Shown piece by piece: positions 26,354-39,991 of a stretch of 64,000 nucleotides of DNA. Every line of letters begins with the position of its first letter. Positions within the stretch are counted from its first letter, which is position 1. Source of the stretch: Octopus vulgaris (Eukaryota); assembly GCA_951406725.2 (NCBI GenBank), contig OX597829.1, positions 17,298,001-17,362,000 on the forward strand, written 5' to 3'. Position numbers and translations under genes: made by a program. Below the pieces are notes generated by a model. The model saw only the letters and a program-made list of their open reading frames with translations, searched no databases and was not told the DNA's origin.

Positions 26354-26857
26354 GTATAGGCACATGCCAGAAAAGGTCACAGAAAATAAGAAAGCAACCA
26401 TACTCTGGGATATGACAATACACACAGAGAAATTAAGACCATGAGGCCGGATATTGGTGACAGAGATCACCAAGAAAAAATGCTTCCTAATCAATGTATC
26501 AATGCCAATAGATGACAACGTTTCTCTTAAAGAAACAAAGAAACCTTCATAATACAAAGATCTGGAAATAGAGCTAACTCGAATGTGAAGTTTAAAAAAC
26601 AGAAACAATTCCTATCATAATAGGCGCATTAAGTATGATAAAAAATAATGAGACAAATATATAACAAAAACACCAGGACTAACAAGTATATATAACATAC
26701 AGATAATAGCACTGCTAGGCACCGCACACATCATACGTAAAACACTTTCAATACAGTAACCATAAGAGCAAACCACAGCACACACCCAAAGCACACCGAA
26801 CTGCGCTCGGTAGTGAAGTGAAAGCACGTTATAAAAATTAGAATACTGAATAATAAT
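26354..26857 (+). mobile_element. Older 3' fragment of the same R4/Dong family
   Basis: Colinear with 25699-26215 (YRHMPEKVTENKKATILWDM..), with stops, the same 3'UTR (ctcggtagtgaagtgaaagcacg) and a TAA tail. Confidence 0.92.
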
Positions 26858-27496
26858 TTGGAAACCAAATTTTTGAGGCCAGGTTTTGTGCGAGGCCAAT
26901 TTGGGTGAAACCAGAATTTGTGGATCCAGAGTTACGAATCCAGGTTTGTGAAATCAAGTTGAATTCGGGTTTCTGAACAATATTTATTACATTTATAAAT
27001 ATTTTGACTGCACGTCTAGTGTAGCATTAATTTATTTTTGTTCGTATATATTTGTTTTGTATGTAGGGTGATTTTTTTATGTTGACACTTAATTGTTAAT
27101 ATTTTGCAAAAACTTCATGGTGTGTTGTTGTTCTGGGTTCACCCCATCCTCGTTGAGCGTGAAAATTCGGGTTATGGCCACTAGGTCGTAACACTATACA
27201 TACATACGTGTATATATATATATATATATCGCTTAGACATTGTAAGACTAATAATCTTGTGTAGACCTCAATATATATGGCCCAGAACACAATGTTAGAT
27301 GAAGAAAGAACAATGTTGCGAAAAAGAAATGACACGGAGAACACAATGGTTATGTATTGAACTTCATTAGCTAATGAAGTTCATAAGATAACGATTGTTT
27401 ATCCTATATCATCTCATATTCTGATATATACGTTAATGAATTTGCGTTGCAAAAGAATGGAGTAAGGAGAGCAAGAACACACACGAAGAAGAAAAG

Positions 27497-27541
27497 TGTC
27501 GCTGAAGAGGTCACAGAAGTGTGACGAAAGATTTCAGGACA
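27497..27541 (+). ncRNA. Minimal hammerhead-like motif (second copy of the 7859 family)
   Basis: TGTCG-CTGAAGA-G-GTCACA-gaag-TGTGAC-GAAAG-AT-TT-C-AGGACA. Confidence 0.6.
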
Positions 27542-27790
27542 ATGGACAGGAGTTAGAATAAGAACGGCAATAAATGAGTTAAGAACAAATACAGTGTTTA
27601 TTTGGTAAAAAGACACGACCATCCCGAAATACAACAATATATATACACCTGTCTCTATCTCTCTCTATGTGTGTATATATATATCAGAGAGAGTATGTGG
27701 TAATTTGTTCCCGGAGAAGGCTCATAAACAGAAAATAAATTACGTAGAGCCGGTGTCTTGTAAGCGGGTCCTTGTAAAGTGATGTACTAC

Positions 27791-27824
<34 letters not shown>

Positions 27825-27825
27825 A

Positions 27826-28212
27826 ACCAACCACATGGTTCCGGGGTTCAATCCCACTGCGTGGCATCTTGGGCAAGTGTCTTCTGCTATAGCCCCGGGC
27901 CGACCAATGCCTTGTGAGTGGATTTGGTAGATGGAAACTGAAAGAAGCCTGTCGTATATATGTATATATATATATAAGTGTGTGTGTATATGTTTGTGTG
28001 TCTGTGTTTGTCCCCCCAGCATTGCTTGACAACCGATGCTGGTGTGTTTACGTCCCCATCACTTAGCGGTTCGGCAAAAAGAGACCGATAGAATAAGTAC
28101 TGGGCTTACAAAGAATAAGTCCCGGGGTCGAGTTGCTCGACTAAAGGCGGTGCTCCAGCATGGCCGCAGTCAAATGACTGAAACAAGTAAAAGAGCAAAG
28201 AGTAAAAGAGTA
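27826..28212 (+). mobile_element. SINE type B (slightly 5'-truncated)
   Basis: Matches 36486-36883. Confidence 0.9.
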
Positions 28213-28392
28213 TATAATGTGTGTGTGTGTGTGAAATATGATTAGCTTGTGCATGTGGGTTTGGTACTGAAAGGCAGAATGTTTACTAATGAAACGAACA
28301 AAGAGGAGCATAATTCAAAGCAAAAGACAGAAACTCCGTAGGATACAACAACAATGAAAAAGACGGAGTTTTAGGGATAACTATAAATCAAA

Positions 28393-28813
28393 TAACACCC
28401 CCACCACCCCGCCCTGTCCCTAGCCACATTCAGATGGCTGATCCCCCTTATGTTATAGAGCAGTTACTGTTTATATCTCGCTCAGAGATTTATTATTGTT
28501 GTCGAACGGTTTTTCTACATCAGTGACTGTGGTTACTGTGAAAATCCATATATATCCAGCCTGTAGAGGAAGTCCCTCAACGAAGAGCGGTGCTTACCAT
28601 GCGTTGATAAGAGGCAAATACCTCGAAACCGGTCCGTATGTAGTATCCGTATCTTCGGGGAGGCTGATCTCCCTTTGCAGGCTGGCAAGGACACCGGGAT
28701 GGTGTCAGCCCTTCTGGTGACGTTGATGATCGCCTGTGGCTAAATGCATCAGTAACACCCCCACCACCCCGCCCTGTCCCTAGCCACATTCAGATGGCTG
28801 ATCACCCTTATGT
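28393..28813 (+). mobile_element. 360-bp unit bounded by 61-bp direct repeats; retrozyme or Penelope pLTR-like
   Basis: Repeats 28393-28453 and 28753-28813 differ at one base. The unit contains an HHR and several GC-rich hairpins. Confidence 0.7.
28598..28640 (+). ncRNA. Minimal type I hammerhead ribozyme with U3-A8 covariation
   Basis: CATGCG-TTGATAA-GAGG-caaata-CCTC-GAAAC-CG-GT-C-CGTATG. Stem III is the palindrome ACCGGT and the triplet is GUC. Confidence 0.78.
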
Positions 28814-29409
28814 CAAATGTTTCAAATGTTTTGAACCAATTTTTGTTTTTTTTAAACCCCTTTGATTCATATTTTAATTTAGCCATTTGATGCTTTATAA
28901 AATACCGCTATATTTTTATAATTAAATATTATTAGCATTTGTATAAAAAAAACTTGTTAATGTATATTTTGTGTATTGTGTGGGTATAAGCAATTTATAG
29001 CAGATAAAATTTAACAAATTCTTAAATGGATTACCAAGGACCATATGAATCCCTGTTGAGGACCACTGCTTTAAATCTTTAAGAATTTATGTAACATCAT
29101 TGTCCCTACGGAGAGAGATGACGCCAGTACGTTATTTTATATGAAGAATTTAAGACATTATTTAGAAGTAAATAAATTATCCTACAAGACGCTACTGTTT
29201 TGTAACAGATTCATCAAATCTTTTGATCTTCAACTTCTCATTTTGTGTACTTAATTTGATTAGCTTAAAAGCATTTGGGAACAGGAAAAGGATTCCTTGA
29301 TCCTTGCACAATATGCCAGAATTTTTTGTTTTTGTTAAAACTCAGCAATTACTGGTTTACAAAAGAAGCTAAAGATACACGTAAACACTAAAATAATAAA
29401 ATAAAAAAT

Positions 29410-29727
29410 GGCACTTCATCGGTTATGACAACGAGTGTTCCAGTTTATCTGATCAACGGAACAGCCTGCTCGTGAAATTCACGTGCAAGTGACCGAGCAC
29501 TCCACAGACACTCCTACCACGAACATAGTTCTCAAGGAGATTCAGTGTGAAACAAAATGTAACAAGGTGGCTCCTTTTCAATTACAGGTACAAATCATTT
29601 TTGCCAGTTGAGTAGACTGGTGCAACATGAAATAAAGTGTCTTGTTCAAGGGACAAAATATACAGCCGGGAATCGTACTCACTATCGCGAAACGAATTCC
29701 CTTTACCACTAGAGCACGCGCCTTCAC
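29410..29727 (-). mobile_element. SINE type E
   Basis: Reverse complement of the 62285-62604 family. Confidence 0.8.
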
Positions 29728-29768
29728 AAACATGTAGACACTAATGTCAATTTAATAACATACAAACC

Positions 29769-30380
29769 AGTGAACTGGTAGAAACGTTAGCATGCCGGGC
29801 GAAATGCTTTGTAGTATTTTGTCTGCCGTTACGTTCTGAGTTCAAATTCCACCGAGGTCAACTTTGCCTTTCATCCTTTCTGGGTCGATAAATTAAGTAC
29901 CAGTTACGCACTGGGGTCGATATAATCGACTTAATCTCTTTGTCTGTCCTTGTTTGTCCTCTCTGTGTTTAGCCCCTTGTGGGCAGTAAAGAAATAGGTA
30001 TTTCGTCTGCCGTTACGTTCTGAGTTCAGATTCCGCCGAGGTCGACTTTGCCTTTCATCTCTTCGGGGTCGATAAATTAAGTACCAGTTACGCACTGGGG
30101 TCGATATAATCGAATTAATCTCTTTGTCTGTCCTTGTTTGCCCCCGCTATGTTTAGCCCCTTGTGGGCAATAAAGAAATAAGAATCGTTTGAACGCCGGG
30201 CGAAACGTCTAGCGGCATTTTGTCCGTCTTCACGTATTGAGTTCAAATTCTGCCGAGGTCGACTTTGCCTTTCACCTTTCCGGAGTCGATAAAGTAAGTA
30301 CCAGTTGAACACTGGGGTCGATGTGATCAACTTATCCCTCTCCTCAGAAACTGTTGGCCTTGCACAACAGATTGGAATCA
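29769..30380 (+). mobile_element. Tandem trimer of SINE type A
   Basis: Units begin at ~29769, 29997 (head-less, ggtatttcgtctg) and ~30181. Confidence 0.88.
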
Positions 30381-30454
30381 GTTTTAAGACACGGACTCGC
30401 TGCCATGTCAAACGAATACATGACACTTGAAGGAATTACTTGTGATTCGCATGT

Positions 30455-30640
30455 GGATTAATCCTAATTTCATAATAATTAATCCTAATTCTTAATTTAA
30501 ACGCACTAAGATAACACCTCACCCCATATACAATCTCATTAAATGAAATATGAGAAAGAGAATAGTAATCTCTTAAAGCTGATGTTGATTTAACGTCTCT
30601 AAATTAACATGTGCAAGTGAATATAGTTGTATACGCTTGC
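30455..30640 (+). repeat. Diverged non-coding block, copy 1 of 3 (others at 34105-34460 and 39570-39890)
   Basis: Shared aataattaatcctaatt..attaaatgaaat(a/c)tgagaaa..taatc..gattt. Confidence 0.75.
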
Positions 30641-31129
30641 GTTCTTGTTTATTTCTAAAATAAGGGTACTTGACTGCGCAGTTACATACTCGCACCACAC
30701 TATAAAGCTAATTGTCTTTTATTTTTTTTCTGTCCATTCTACACACTCACGCACGTGTTTGTGTGTGTATGAGTGTGTGTGTAAGCGTGTGTTTTTGTAT
30801 GATCTCATACCGCTTAAGTGTAAATCTATTCACATGCCAATAAAAAGTATAAACTTTGTGTCTATTGGTTATATATCAATTTATCTACTTACTCTATCCA
30901 TCAATCAGTCAGTCAATCAAATAATCAATCAATTTATCTACCTTCATCTATCTATCTGTCTTTCTGTCTGTCTATCTGTCTGTCTGTTTGTGTAGCACTC
31001 TAACTTCCTATCCATTTATGTCTCTCTCAAACTGTCTCTTTACCTACCTACCTACTTGCGTATCGACCTACCTACCTTCTTACTTATCTTCTTACCTACA
31101 TAAATACCTACCTACTTATCCATCTACCT

Positions 31130-31359
31130 ATTTCTTTATTACCCACAAGGAGCTAAAGACAGAAGGGACAAACACGGACAGACAAACGGATTAAGTCGAT
31201 TACATCGACCCCAGTGCGTAACTGGTACTTATTTAATCGACCCCGAAAAGATGAAAGGTAAAATCGACCTCGGTGGAATTTGAACTCAGAACGTAGCGGC
31301 AGACGAAATACGGCTACGCATTTCGCCCGGCGTGCTAACGTTTCTGCCAGCTCGCCGCC
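31130..31359 (-). mobile_element. SINE type A
   Basis: Full-length, with TSD tta(t/c)ccatctacct inside a (TACC)n-rich tract. Confidence 0.9.
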
Positions 31360-32149
31360 TTACCCATCTACCTGCCTACCTTTTTATCTATCTACGTTCG
31401 TACCTACCTACTTACGTATGAACTTACCTACATACTAGCCTATATTCCTACTTACTTATCGACCTACATAACCAGCTTCCTACCTACCTACCTACCTACC
31501 TACCTACCCACCCATCCCCCTACATACTCATTAACAGATGTTCGGTTTCCGTTTAGTAGCCTATGCTTTCCAGAGCAACTTAAAATTGTCCATATCATTA
31601 AACACACCGTAGGAATAACCATCGACGTTCTTTGTTACAACTTGAGGAATACTACTTTGCAAATAAGCAATTTTATTTGGGATTCTAAACTGTTGGAATG
31701 ACCGACTCTATTATCCTCTTTAGTAATCCTTCCGATGTAAAAGTCAAAAGTATCGATTACCCTTCCGCACTGACAAGACAGTGTTCAGAACTGCCAGGTC
31801 TGTAACGGGTGCAATTGCATTCCAAATCAATCTCCTCCATTCTTTCATTTCAGAAAATACCTGACTTTTAAATTCTTTTATTCTTTTATGCGTTTCAGCA
31901 TAAAGGCTGTGACCTTACTGGGGCAACGCCAGTGTTATTAGGTTTCTTTTTTCAATGGCGTTATTGCTATTCGGTACATATCAAGGAAGAACGTGCACAA
32001 CAGGATCTCAAAGCAATCCTAATTATGAAACTGTAAAATTCACCTAAAATATTTCATACAAGAATATTTTTATTTAAAATTTTGTCTGTTTATAATGTTG
32101 TATATAGAAATAAAAACTGTTAAAATCTAAAAATATATTTTGATCTATA

Positions 32150-32560
32150 GGGGTAGGAGTGACTGTGTAGTAAGTAGCTTGTTTACCAACCACACGGTTC
32201 CGGGTTCAGTTCCACTGCGTGGTGCCTTGGAAAAGTGTCTTCTACTATAACCTCGGGCCGACCAAAGCCTTGTGAGTGGAGTTGGTAGACGGAAACTGAA
32301 AGAAGATCGTCGTATATATGTATATACATGTATGTGTATGTGTGTGTATACGTTTGTGTGTCTGTGTTTGTCCTCTCCAACATCGTTTGACAACCGATGC
32401 TGGTGTGTTTGCGTTCCCGTAACTTAGCGGTTCGGCAAAAGAGACCGATAGAATAAGTACTAGGCTTACAAAGAATAAGTCCTGGGGTCCAATTGCTCGA
32501 CTAAAGGCGGTGCTCCTGCATGGCTGCAGTCAAATGACAGAAACAAGTAAAAGAGAGAGT
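32150..32560 (+). mobile_element. SINE type B, full-length (a 5'-half copy follows at 32627-32790)
   Basis: Head, body and tail match the other copies. Confidence 0.9.
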
Positions 32561-33403
32561 ATTGAGTGTTTGTCTTACTACCATATTGCTTCGTCATTTA
32601 CTTAATTCTTTGAATATTTTTACCTAGGCGCAGGCGTGGTTGTGTTGCAAGAAGCTTGCTTCCCAACCACATGGTTCCGGGTTCAGTCCCACTGCAAGGC
32701 ACCTTGGGCAAGTGTCTTCTACACTAGCCTTGGACTGACCAAAACTTTGTGAGTGGATCTGGTAGAGAAAAACGGAAAGCAAGCCATCATATACATACGT
32801 ATATACATATGTGTGTGTATGTATGTTTTTACGTTTGGAAAAATATCATTATCAATGTCGTCAGATTAATCTAGAATATTTGAAGAGAGAGAGGGAGTTG
32901 GAAGGTCACAGATGGAATTAGGAAAATAATGCACTCGTGAGAGCAGTGATGATTAATGTACTTGAAATTGTAAGAATTTTGTTTGTAACTTATAAAGTAC
33001 AACGATATGAGGCGAAGAAGGTACTAATTGTATTGGTCTGTTTTTGTCGAACCACTGTACAAAAAGACATCACTTTTGGCGAGCAGTGAGAGACAAGCAA
33101 AAAGAAAAAGACACGCGCACACAACGATACAAACGTACATATATACGTACGTGCATATATATGTGTGTGTGTGTGTCTGTGTCTATCTCTCTCTCTTTAT
33201 ACACACACACACACACACACATACATTAATTTCTTAGATCGTTCAATGTTTTTCAACTGATCAATGGACCGATGTTGTAAGCCTATCAATAACGAATCTG
33301 TAATGACTACTGGAAACAGCTGTAAGGCAAATTTATCACAATAAATAAAAATATGTAATGACCATTATTTGTATCTTCTCTTGTATGTACGTGTATGTGT
33401 GTG

Positions 33404-33464
<61 letters not shown>

Positions 33465-33489
33465 TTGGTTTGTGAAACGTAAGTATGTG

Positions 33490-33527
<38 letters not shown>

Positions 33528-33601
33528 CTACGTCGTTATGTTTATGTATATCGTTATATATATAAATAAGGATTAATATATTTCTTCGTAAAAATATATA
33601 T

Positions 33602-33651
<50 letters not shown>

Positions 33652-33689
33652 TGTGACACCCAGTTGTCGATTTGATGTGAGTGAGCTTA

Positions 33690-33870
33690 TGTCTACACAA
33701 AAACACAGGCACACACATATACATACGACGTGCTTCTTTCAGTTTCCATCCGTCAAATCTGTTCACAAGGCTTCGGTCGGGCCGATGCTATTGTAGAAAA
33801 CACTTGCCTAAGGTTCCACGCAGTAGGACTGAACCCGGAGCCATGTGGTTCTTACCACACAGCCAGACCT
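33690..33870 (-). mobile_element. SINE type B, 5' half
   Basis: Reverse complement of the type B head and body. Confidence 0.8.
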
Positions 33871-34104
33871 GCCCCATCATTGTTCCTGATAAAAAAAATT
33901 AAAAAATTATACAACTTTAAGACACCAGTTAAAAATATATTATCTTCAAAAATATATACGCTAAATCCTTGAAGCAACATACTGGTGTTAGACTAATCAT
34001 GATACATATTTCTTTTAATCGCTGAAGATTTATTTTTGACCATTTAATTGAAAACAGACATGGATCCAACTCTTTTATTATACTCCAATTCATCGTGTTC
34101 TTTC

Positions 34105-34460
34105 TGTCAAAATAGAACAATTATTGTTCCAAGATGGAAGCTAAATGTACATGTTGATACAAATGTTAATTTAAATACACATACGCAAGAACATCAAAGG
34201 AATGTACATTCGTTGAACATTTGAACGAATTTCATCTTAGAATATATTTATCCCAATGTATAAATAATTAATCCTAATTTCTAATAAAAATGTACTAAAA
34301 AAAACATGCTCTCATACACAGAATCTCTCATTAAATGAAATCTGAGAAATTATATTAATCCTCTAAATCAAACGTAGATTTTAAGGCTCGTAAATTACTC
34401 AATATAAGTGCGAGCTTAGTTGTGCATTTGTAAATACGTGTCTTTATCAATCAGACATGT
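34105..34460 (+). repeat. Diverged non-coding block, copy 2 of 3
   Basis: gtcaaaata..atggaagctaaat..aacatttgaac..aataattaatcctaatttctaat..attaaatgaaatctgagaaattatattaatc..aacgtagattt. Confidence 0.78.
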
Positions 34461-34475
34461 GACTACATAAATATA

Positions 34476-34567
<92 letters not shown>

Positions 34568-34694
34568 ACACATACATATATATATATATCTACCTCTATT
34601 TGTCTACATTTTCCTCTCTGTCTCTCTTTCTCTGTCCGTCTGTCTTTTTTTGTATGTATATATATATATATATACATATGCACATACATAGGCG

Positions 34695-35055
34695 CTTGCT
34701 TACCCACCACATATTTCCGGGTTCAGTCCCACTGCGTGGCACCTTGAGCAAGTGTCTTCTACTGTAGCCTCGAGTCGGCAAAAGCCTTGTGAATGGATTT
34801 GGTAAACGGAAACTGAAAGAAGCCTGTCGTATATATATATAATGTGAATGTTTGTGTGTCTGTATTTGTCCCCCCACCATCGCTTGACAACCGATGTCGG
34901 TGTGTTTACGTTCCCGTAATATAGCGGTTCGGCAAAAGGGACCGACAGAATAAGATCTAGGCTTACAAAGAATAAGTCCTGGGGTCGACTTGTTCGAAGA
35001 AAAGGTGGTGCTCCAGCATGGCCGCAGTCAAATGACTGAAACAAATAAAATAATA
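34695..35055 (+). mobile_element. SINE type B (an older minus-strand copy lies at 35265-35550)
   Basis: Matches the family pattern. Confidence 0.88.
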
Positions 35056-35059
35056 AATG

Positions 35060-35108
<49 letters not shown>

Positions 35109-35634
35109 CGGTGTATAAACATACATATAATATACGTATATATATATATATACATTCATTTGATGTTTATAAATTTGTGTGTGTGTATTCTTTTGGTTAT
35201 TGAGAGAAATAGGAGCCTGCAGTTTGGCTGGTAACGCGAGTGCTAGCATCGAAAAAACATTAAGACTGCGGCCATGCTGGGGCAGTGCCTTGAATAATAT
35301 TTAGACCAATAAATCGATCCCAGTTCTTATTTTTCAAAAGCCTGGTACTTATTATTGTATCGGCATATTTTACCGAACTGCTAAGTTACAATGACTTAAA
35401 CACACCAACACTGGTTGTCAAGCAGTAATGGGAGACAAACACAGGCGCTCACACACACACACACACACACACACACATGACGGGCTTCTTTCACTCACAG
35501 TCTTCTAAATGCACTGTTAAAGATTTGGTTGACCCGAGGCCCTGGTTGAAGAAGCTGAAGTCCACTTCTATTTCAGCTCTACCCTGTGTTACCTATAATA
35601 AGCTTATTTTGCTTTCTCTCTATCCCTCTCCCCT

Positions 35635-35677
<43 letters not shown>

Positions 35678-35678
35678 C

Positions 35679-35723
<45 letters not shown>

Positions 35724-35923
35724 TACATAACCTATCTTTAACAATTTCAGCTAGCCGCACACCTGATATCATGCAAATATCACTAATAAATAAGTTATAC
35801 AGAGAGAAAAGGAGGGAGAGAGAGAGGGCAAAATAAGCTCATTATAGTTAACACAGAGTAAAACCGAAAGAGATATGAACCTCAGCTTCTTCACTCAGGG
35901 CCAGTGCCTCAGCACAAAAGTTA

Positions 35924-35959
<36 letters not shown>

Positions 35960-36485
35960 CAGAAATGCGAATGGAGAAAATCACACCTTTAATTGGTGAT
36001 TCCATCTTACAATAGCGAAGAACGTTTCTTTTGTCTAAACATATTTTGATACAGAAAATATTAGTCAAATTAATCCACCCGAAACCACATGTTAATGCAA
36101 CGTTATCAAAGGGATCCAAAATTGGTTAAATTCAAAGTGTACTAAGAAAATACCTCTTGTACACGAATACGTATATTTACACACACAAACTCACTCACAC
36201 ACACACATGTGCACATACACACATACATACACACCCACATATACACATACACACATATAAGCAATGCACAACCTGAAGCATTGATGATTGAAGTATTGTA
36301 GAATGGAAGAAACTTGCTCGTGGAATGAAGTGTTAGATTGTAAGAAGCGAGGAATGCAAGAGAATATTTGTAGGACAAAAATAGTCTGAGTGGTGAAATA
36401 TTGTAAGGTCACAAATAGAAATTATAGAACTATATTTGACAAACAAATAGAATTTGACCGAGTTTTGCATAGAATCTTGACAATT

Positions 36486-36883
36486 GGCGCAGGAGTGGCT
36501 GTGTGGTAAGTAGCTTGCTTACGAACCACATGGTTCTGGGTTCAGTCCCATTGCGTGACACATTGGGCAAGTGTCTTATACTATAGCCTCGAGCCGACCA
36601 AAGACTTGTGTTGGGTTTGGTAGACGGAAACTAAAAGAAGCCCGTCGTATATATGTATGTGTGTGTGTATGTTTGTGTGTCTGTGTTTGTCCTTCCAACA
36701 TCGCTTGACAACCGATGTTGGTGTGTTTACGTCCCCGTAACTTAGTGGTTCGGCAAAAGAGACCGATAGAATAAGTACTAGGCTTACAAAGAATATTCCT
36801 GGGGTCGATTTGGTTCGACTAAAGGCGGTGCTCCAGCATGGCCGCAGTCAAATGACTGAAACAAGTAAAAGAGTAAAATAGTA
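36486..36883 (+). mobile_element. SINE type B, full-length reference copy
   Basis: Runs from ggcgcaggagtggctgtgtggtaag, through a gggttcagtccc B-box-like motif, to gactgaaacaagtaaaagagtaaaatagta. Confidence 0.92.
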
Positions 36884-37254
36884 ATTGAATTAAGATTTTC
36901 TTCCTGAAGTATCAAGATTTGTTTTCGTCCTAAATAAAGGCGTTCGATTAATGACCATCTCGTCTATTTCTTTTTCTATTTACGACTGCATTGTCTGGTA
37001 CGACTGTTCATTTTAAGATGATATTGTAATATGAGAGATTTTCATAAGGCAAAATGTTATAGTACTTTAGACACAACGCTAATAGTTTAGGCATGGAATT
37101 TACGACATCATAATTTTTCCATCACTTAAGTTAATAACCCTTACCAAGGGAGAGGAACCAATATATCTTAATGACAATATCTTTGATTAAAAAGATTTTC
37201 AAAAAGAACGAGAATAGAGAATAGATAATCTGAGATCGGTTTGGAATATCTTAC

Positions 37255-37550
37255 AAATAAAGTACAAATATATGGGAAACTACCACCTGTATCATCTCTT
37301 GTGAAAGGTAGAAGAGTCCAGTTTGCTGGACATTGTTGTAGATTTGAAAACGAGGTAATTTCTACTCTTCTCCTCTGGAAACCATCTGCTCGCGATACCA
37401 GAGGGCGCACACTCTCCTACCCTGATGTAATCTCCAGGGATACCTGCATCCAGCAACAGGACCTCCGTAATGCCATGATGGACCGTGAAGTCTGGCGTAT
37501 CATGGTAAATTCCATTGTCTCGACCACGGTCGAACAATGATGATGATGAT
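37255..37550 (+). mobile_element. RTE/RTE-X LINE 3' end with (TGA)n tail
   Basis: YGKLPPVSSLVKGRRVQFAGHCCR..LLLWKP..RGRTLSYPDVI..AMMDREVWR, followed by tgatgatgatgat. Confidence 0.85.
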
Positions 37551-37654
37551 TGGAATATCGTTGGAATCATGGAATGTCTATTATTAATCAAACTACAAGT
37601 GATTTAATTGGGGTAGTGAAGGTTAATTAAGTGGTTTGAAGAAAGAAGTAAATA

Positions 37655-38040
37655 AATAGTTTGCTTCCCAACCACATAGTTCCGGGTTCAATCCCACTGC
37701 ATGACCCTTGGGCAAGTGTTTTCTACTAAACCACGTGCCGACCAAAGCCTTCTGAGTGGATTTAATAGACGGAAGCTGTAAGATGCCCGTCATACACATA
37801 CATGTGTACGTGCGCGCGCGCGTGCATGTCTTTTTCCCTGAGTTTCTTCCCTACCAACACTTGACAACCGATATTGGTTTGTTTACGTCCCCGTAATATA
37901 ACGGTTCGGCGAAAGAGGCCGATAGAATAAGTGTGAAGCTTGAAGAAATAAAAATACTGGTATCGATCCATTCGACTAAAAATTCCTTAAGGTATGGTCC
38001 CATCATAGCCGAGGTCTAACGAATGAAATAAATATAAAAG
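37655..38040 (+). mobile_element. Older SINE type B
   Basis: Degenerate match to the family. Confidence 0.75.
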
Positions 38041-38594
38041 ATAAAAAATTTTTTTTAAATATGACAGTAAATTTTGAGTTGAGGCGATAAATGGTTTAAA
38101 GTAGGTGGAACAGGGGATGTACATACCAAATAAATTAGAGGGTATGTATAGATTTTGTATTTATAGACAGAAGATTATTAACTAAATGAAGATCATCATA
38201 ATTCCAGGTGGACGTAAGAAATAATTTGTGACATTGAGGAGAGGGCTTGAGGATCGTAATTCCGTAACTGAAAATATTTTAAAGAACTTACCTATCATGG
38301 TTCTCTTAGAAGAGAAGAATGTTACAAATACACCATTTTATGTGAAAACAGAAAACTATAAATGAAAGAAAGTATATTTATTATCTTACAATGCACTCTA
38401 GACTAAAAGTTACTTCAGAATCAAGCATTTTATATTTACCATTTCATATTATACCATCATGTTCATGTGTTTATCTAGGGTTCGTATTGAGCATTACTTA
38501 AAATGACACATGCAGACACATCCCTTCAAATAAATATCAGTATTTTTATGCAATTCCAGTCAAAATACAGCTATTAAAGGTTCACGAAGGAAGC

Positions 38595-38713
<119 letters not shown>

Positions 38714-38834
38714 GTATATATATAAGTTCAGCAAAATTTAGATTCAGATGAATATGGTACTTAAGTCAAAGGCACCAGAATTTTGTATGGTATTATCCAT
38801 ATAAATCAAATGGGGTGATTATAATCAAAATAAG

Positions 38835-39075
38835 CAACAAGTATATCCAGGGTAGAGTAGTACAATTGTTTCATGCTACTTCATTTTATTAAACACTGTA
38901 CGTATTACATCAGTTTTGAAATAGGGATAAGAATGTGCATTGTCCGTTTGATTGGAAAATTCTGTAAGTGGCTGAAGATTGCTCGACATTTTAAAACTGA
39001 TGTAATACTTACAGTGTTTAATAAAATGAAGTAGCATGAAACAATTGTACTACACTACCTTGGATGTACTTTTTG
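38835..39075. repeat. Inverted repeat (83-bp arms, 75-bp spacer) with an HHR-like GAAAC-AATT-GTA
   Basis: Arms 38835-38917 and 38993-39075 are nearly complementary. Confidence 0.85.
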
Positions 39076-39159
39076 GATATTTTAATTATATACCAGGTGG
39101 TGCTATTAAGTTAGACATGGCCTGGGCCAATAATGGCCGAAACCTATCAAAGTATCAAA

Positions 39160-39212
<53 letters not shown>

Positions 39213-39502
39213 TATATGCATATATACATATATATATGCATATATACATATATATATATGCATTTATACATACATATATGTACATATATACATATATATG
39301 TATATATACAAGCATATATGGGCACAGGACATCAAAAAGCGTTGAACACAATGAGAAACGAAAACATAAAAGCAAAAATATAGAAACGAACTTTTTTCCA
39401 ACAACGAAAAAAACAGAGAAACGAAACATGCAACATAAAGAATATTCCCCTTCATCAGTTGTCCCTGTTTCATATACACGTTTGTATGTATGCATGTTAT
39501 AT

Positions 39503-39551
<49 letters not shown>

Positions 39552-39569
39552 TGTGTGTGTGTGCCTCTC

Positions 39570-39890
39570 TTCAAAATACAGCTATTAATGGTTCACTATG
39601 GAAGCTAAATATATATAGATACTAATATATACATACACGCGCTTTCATTCAAATGAATATATAACATTTGAACTAATTATACATAATTCCTAAATATATT
39701 AATCCCAGTTTCTCAATAATTAATCCTAATTTCTAATCGAAATTCCTGAAGGAAGAGGCAAACACACATACGTACACACACACTGAAGCGCACACAGCCT
39801 CTAATTAAATGAAATATGAGAAATTATATTAATCTTCTAAATCTAACGTAGATTTAAGGTTTGTAAAAGTCAGTACATATAAGAAACGGC
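39570..39890 (+). repeat. Diverged non-coding block, copy 3 of 3
   Basis: Matches 34105-34460. Its first ~45 bp are duplicated at 38560-38600. Confidence 0.78.
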
Positions 39891-39901
39891 TCATATATGT
39901 A

Positions 39902-39991
<90 letters not shown>

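Noticed and set aside
28393-28813. CRISPR-like repeat-spacer or LTR retrotransposon
   Set aside because: There are only two repeats 360 bp apart in a eukaryotic context, with no cas genes and no TG..CA termini or PBS.
28815-29075. hAT-like right end (gttgaggaccactg)
   Set aside because: No matching left TIR or TSD was found.
31540-31870. Possible host exon in unique sequence (also 35960-36410 and 54420-54610)
   Set aside because: No sustained ORF, recognisable motif or convincing splice-site pair. Small exons cannot be excluded without RNA-seq.
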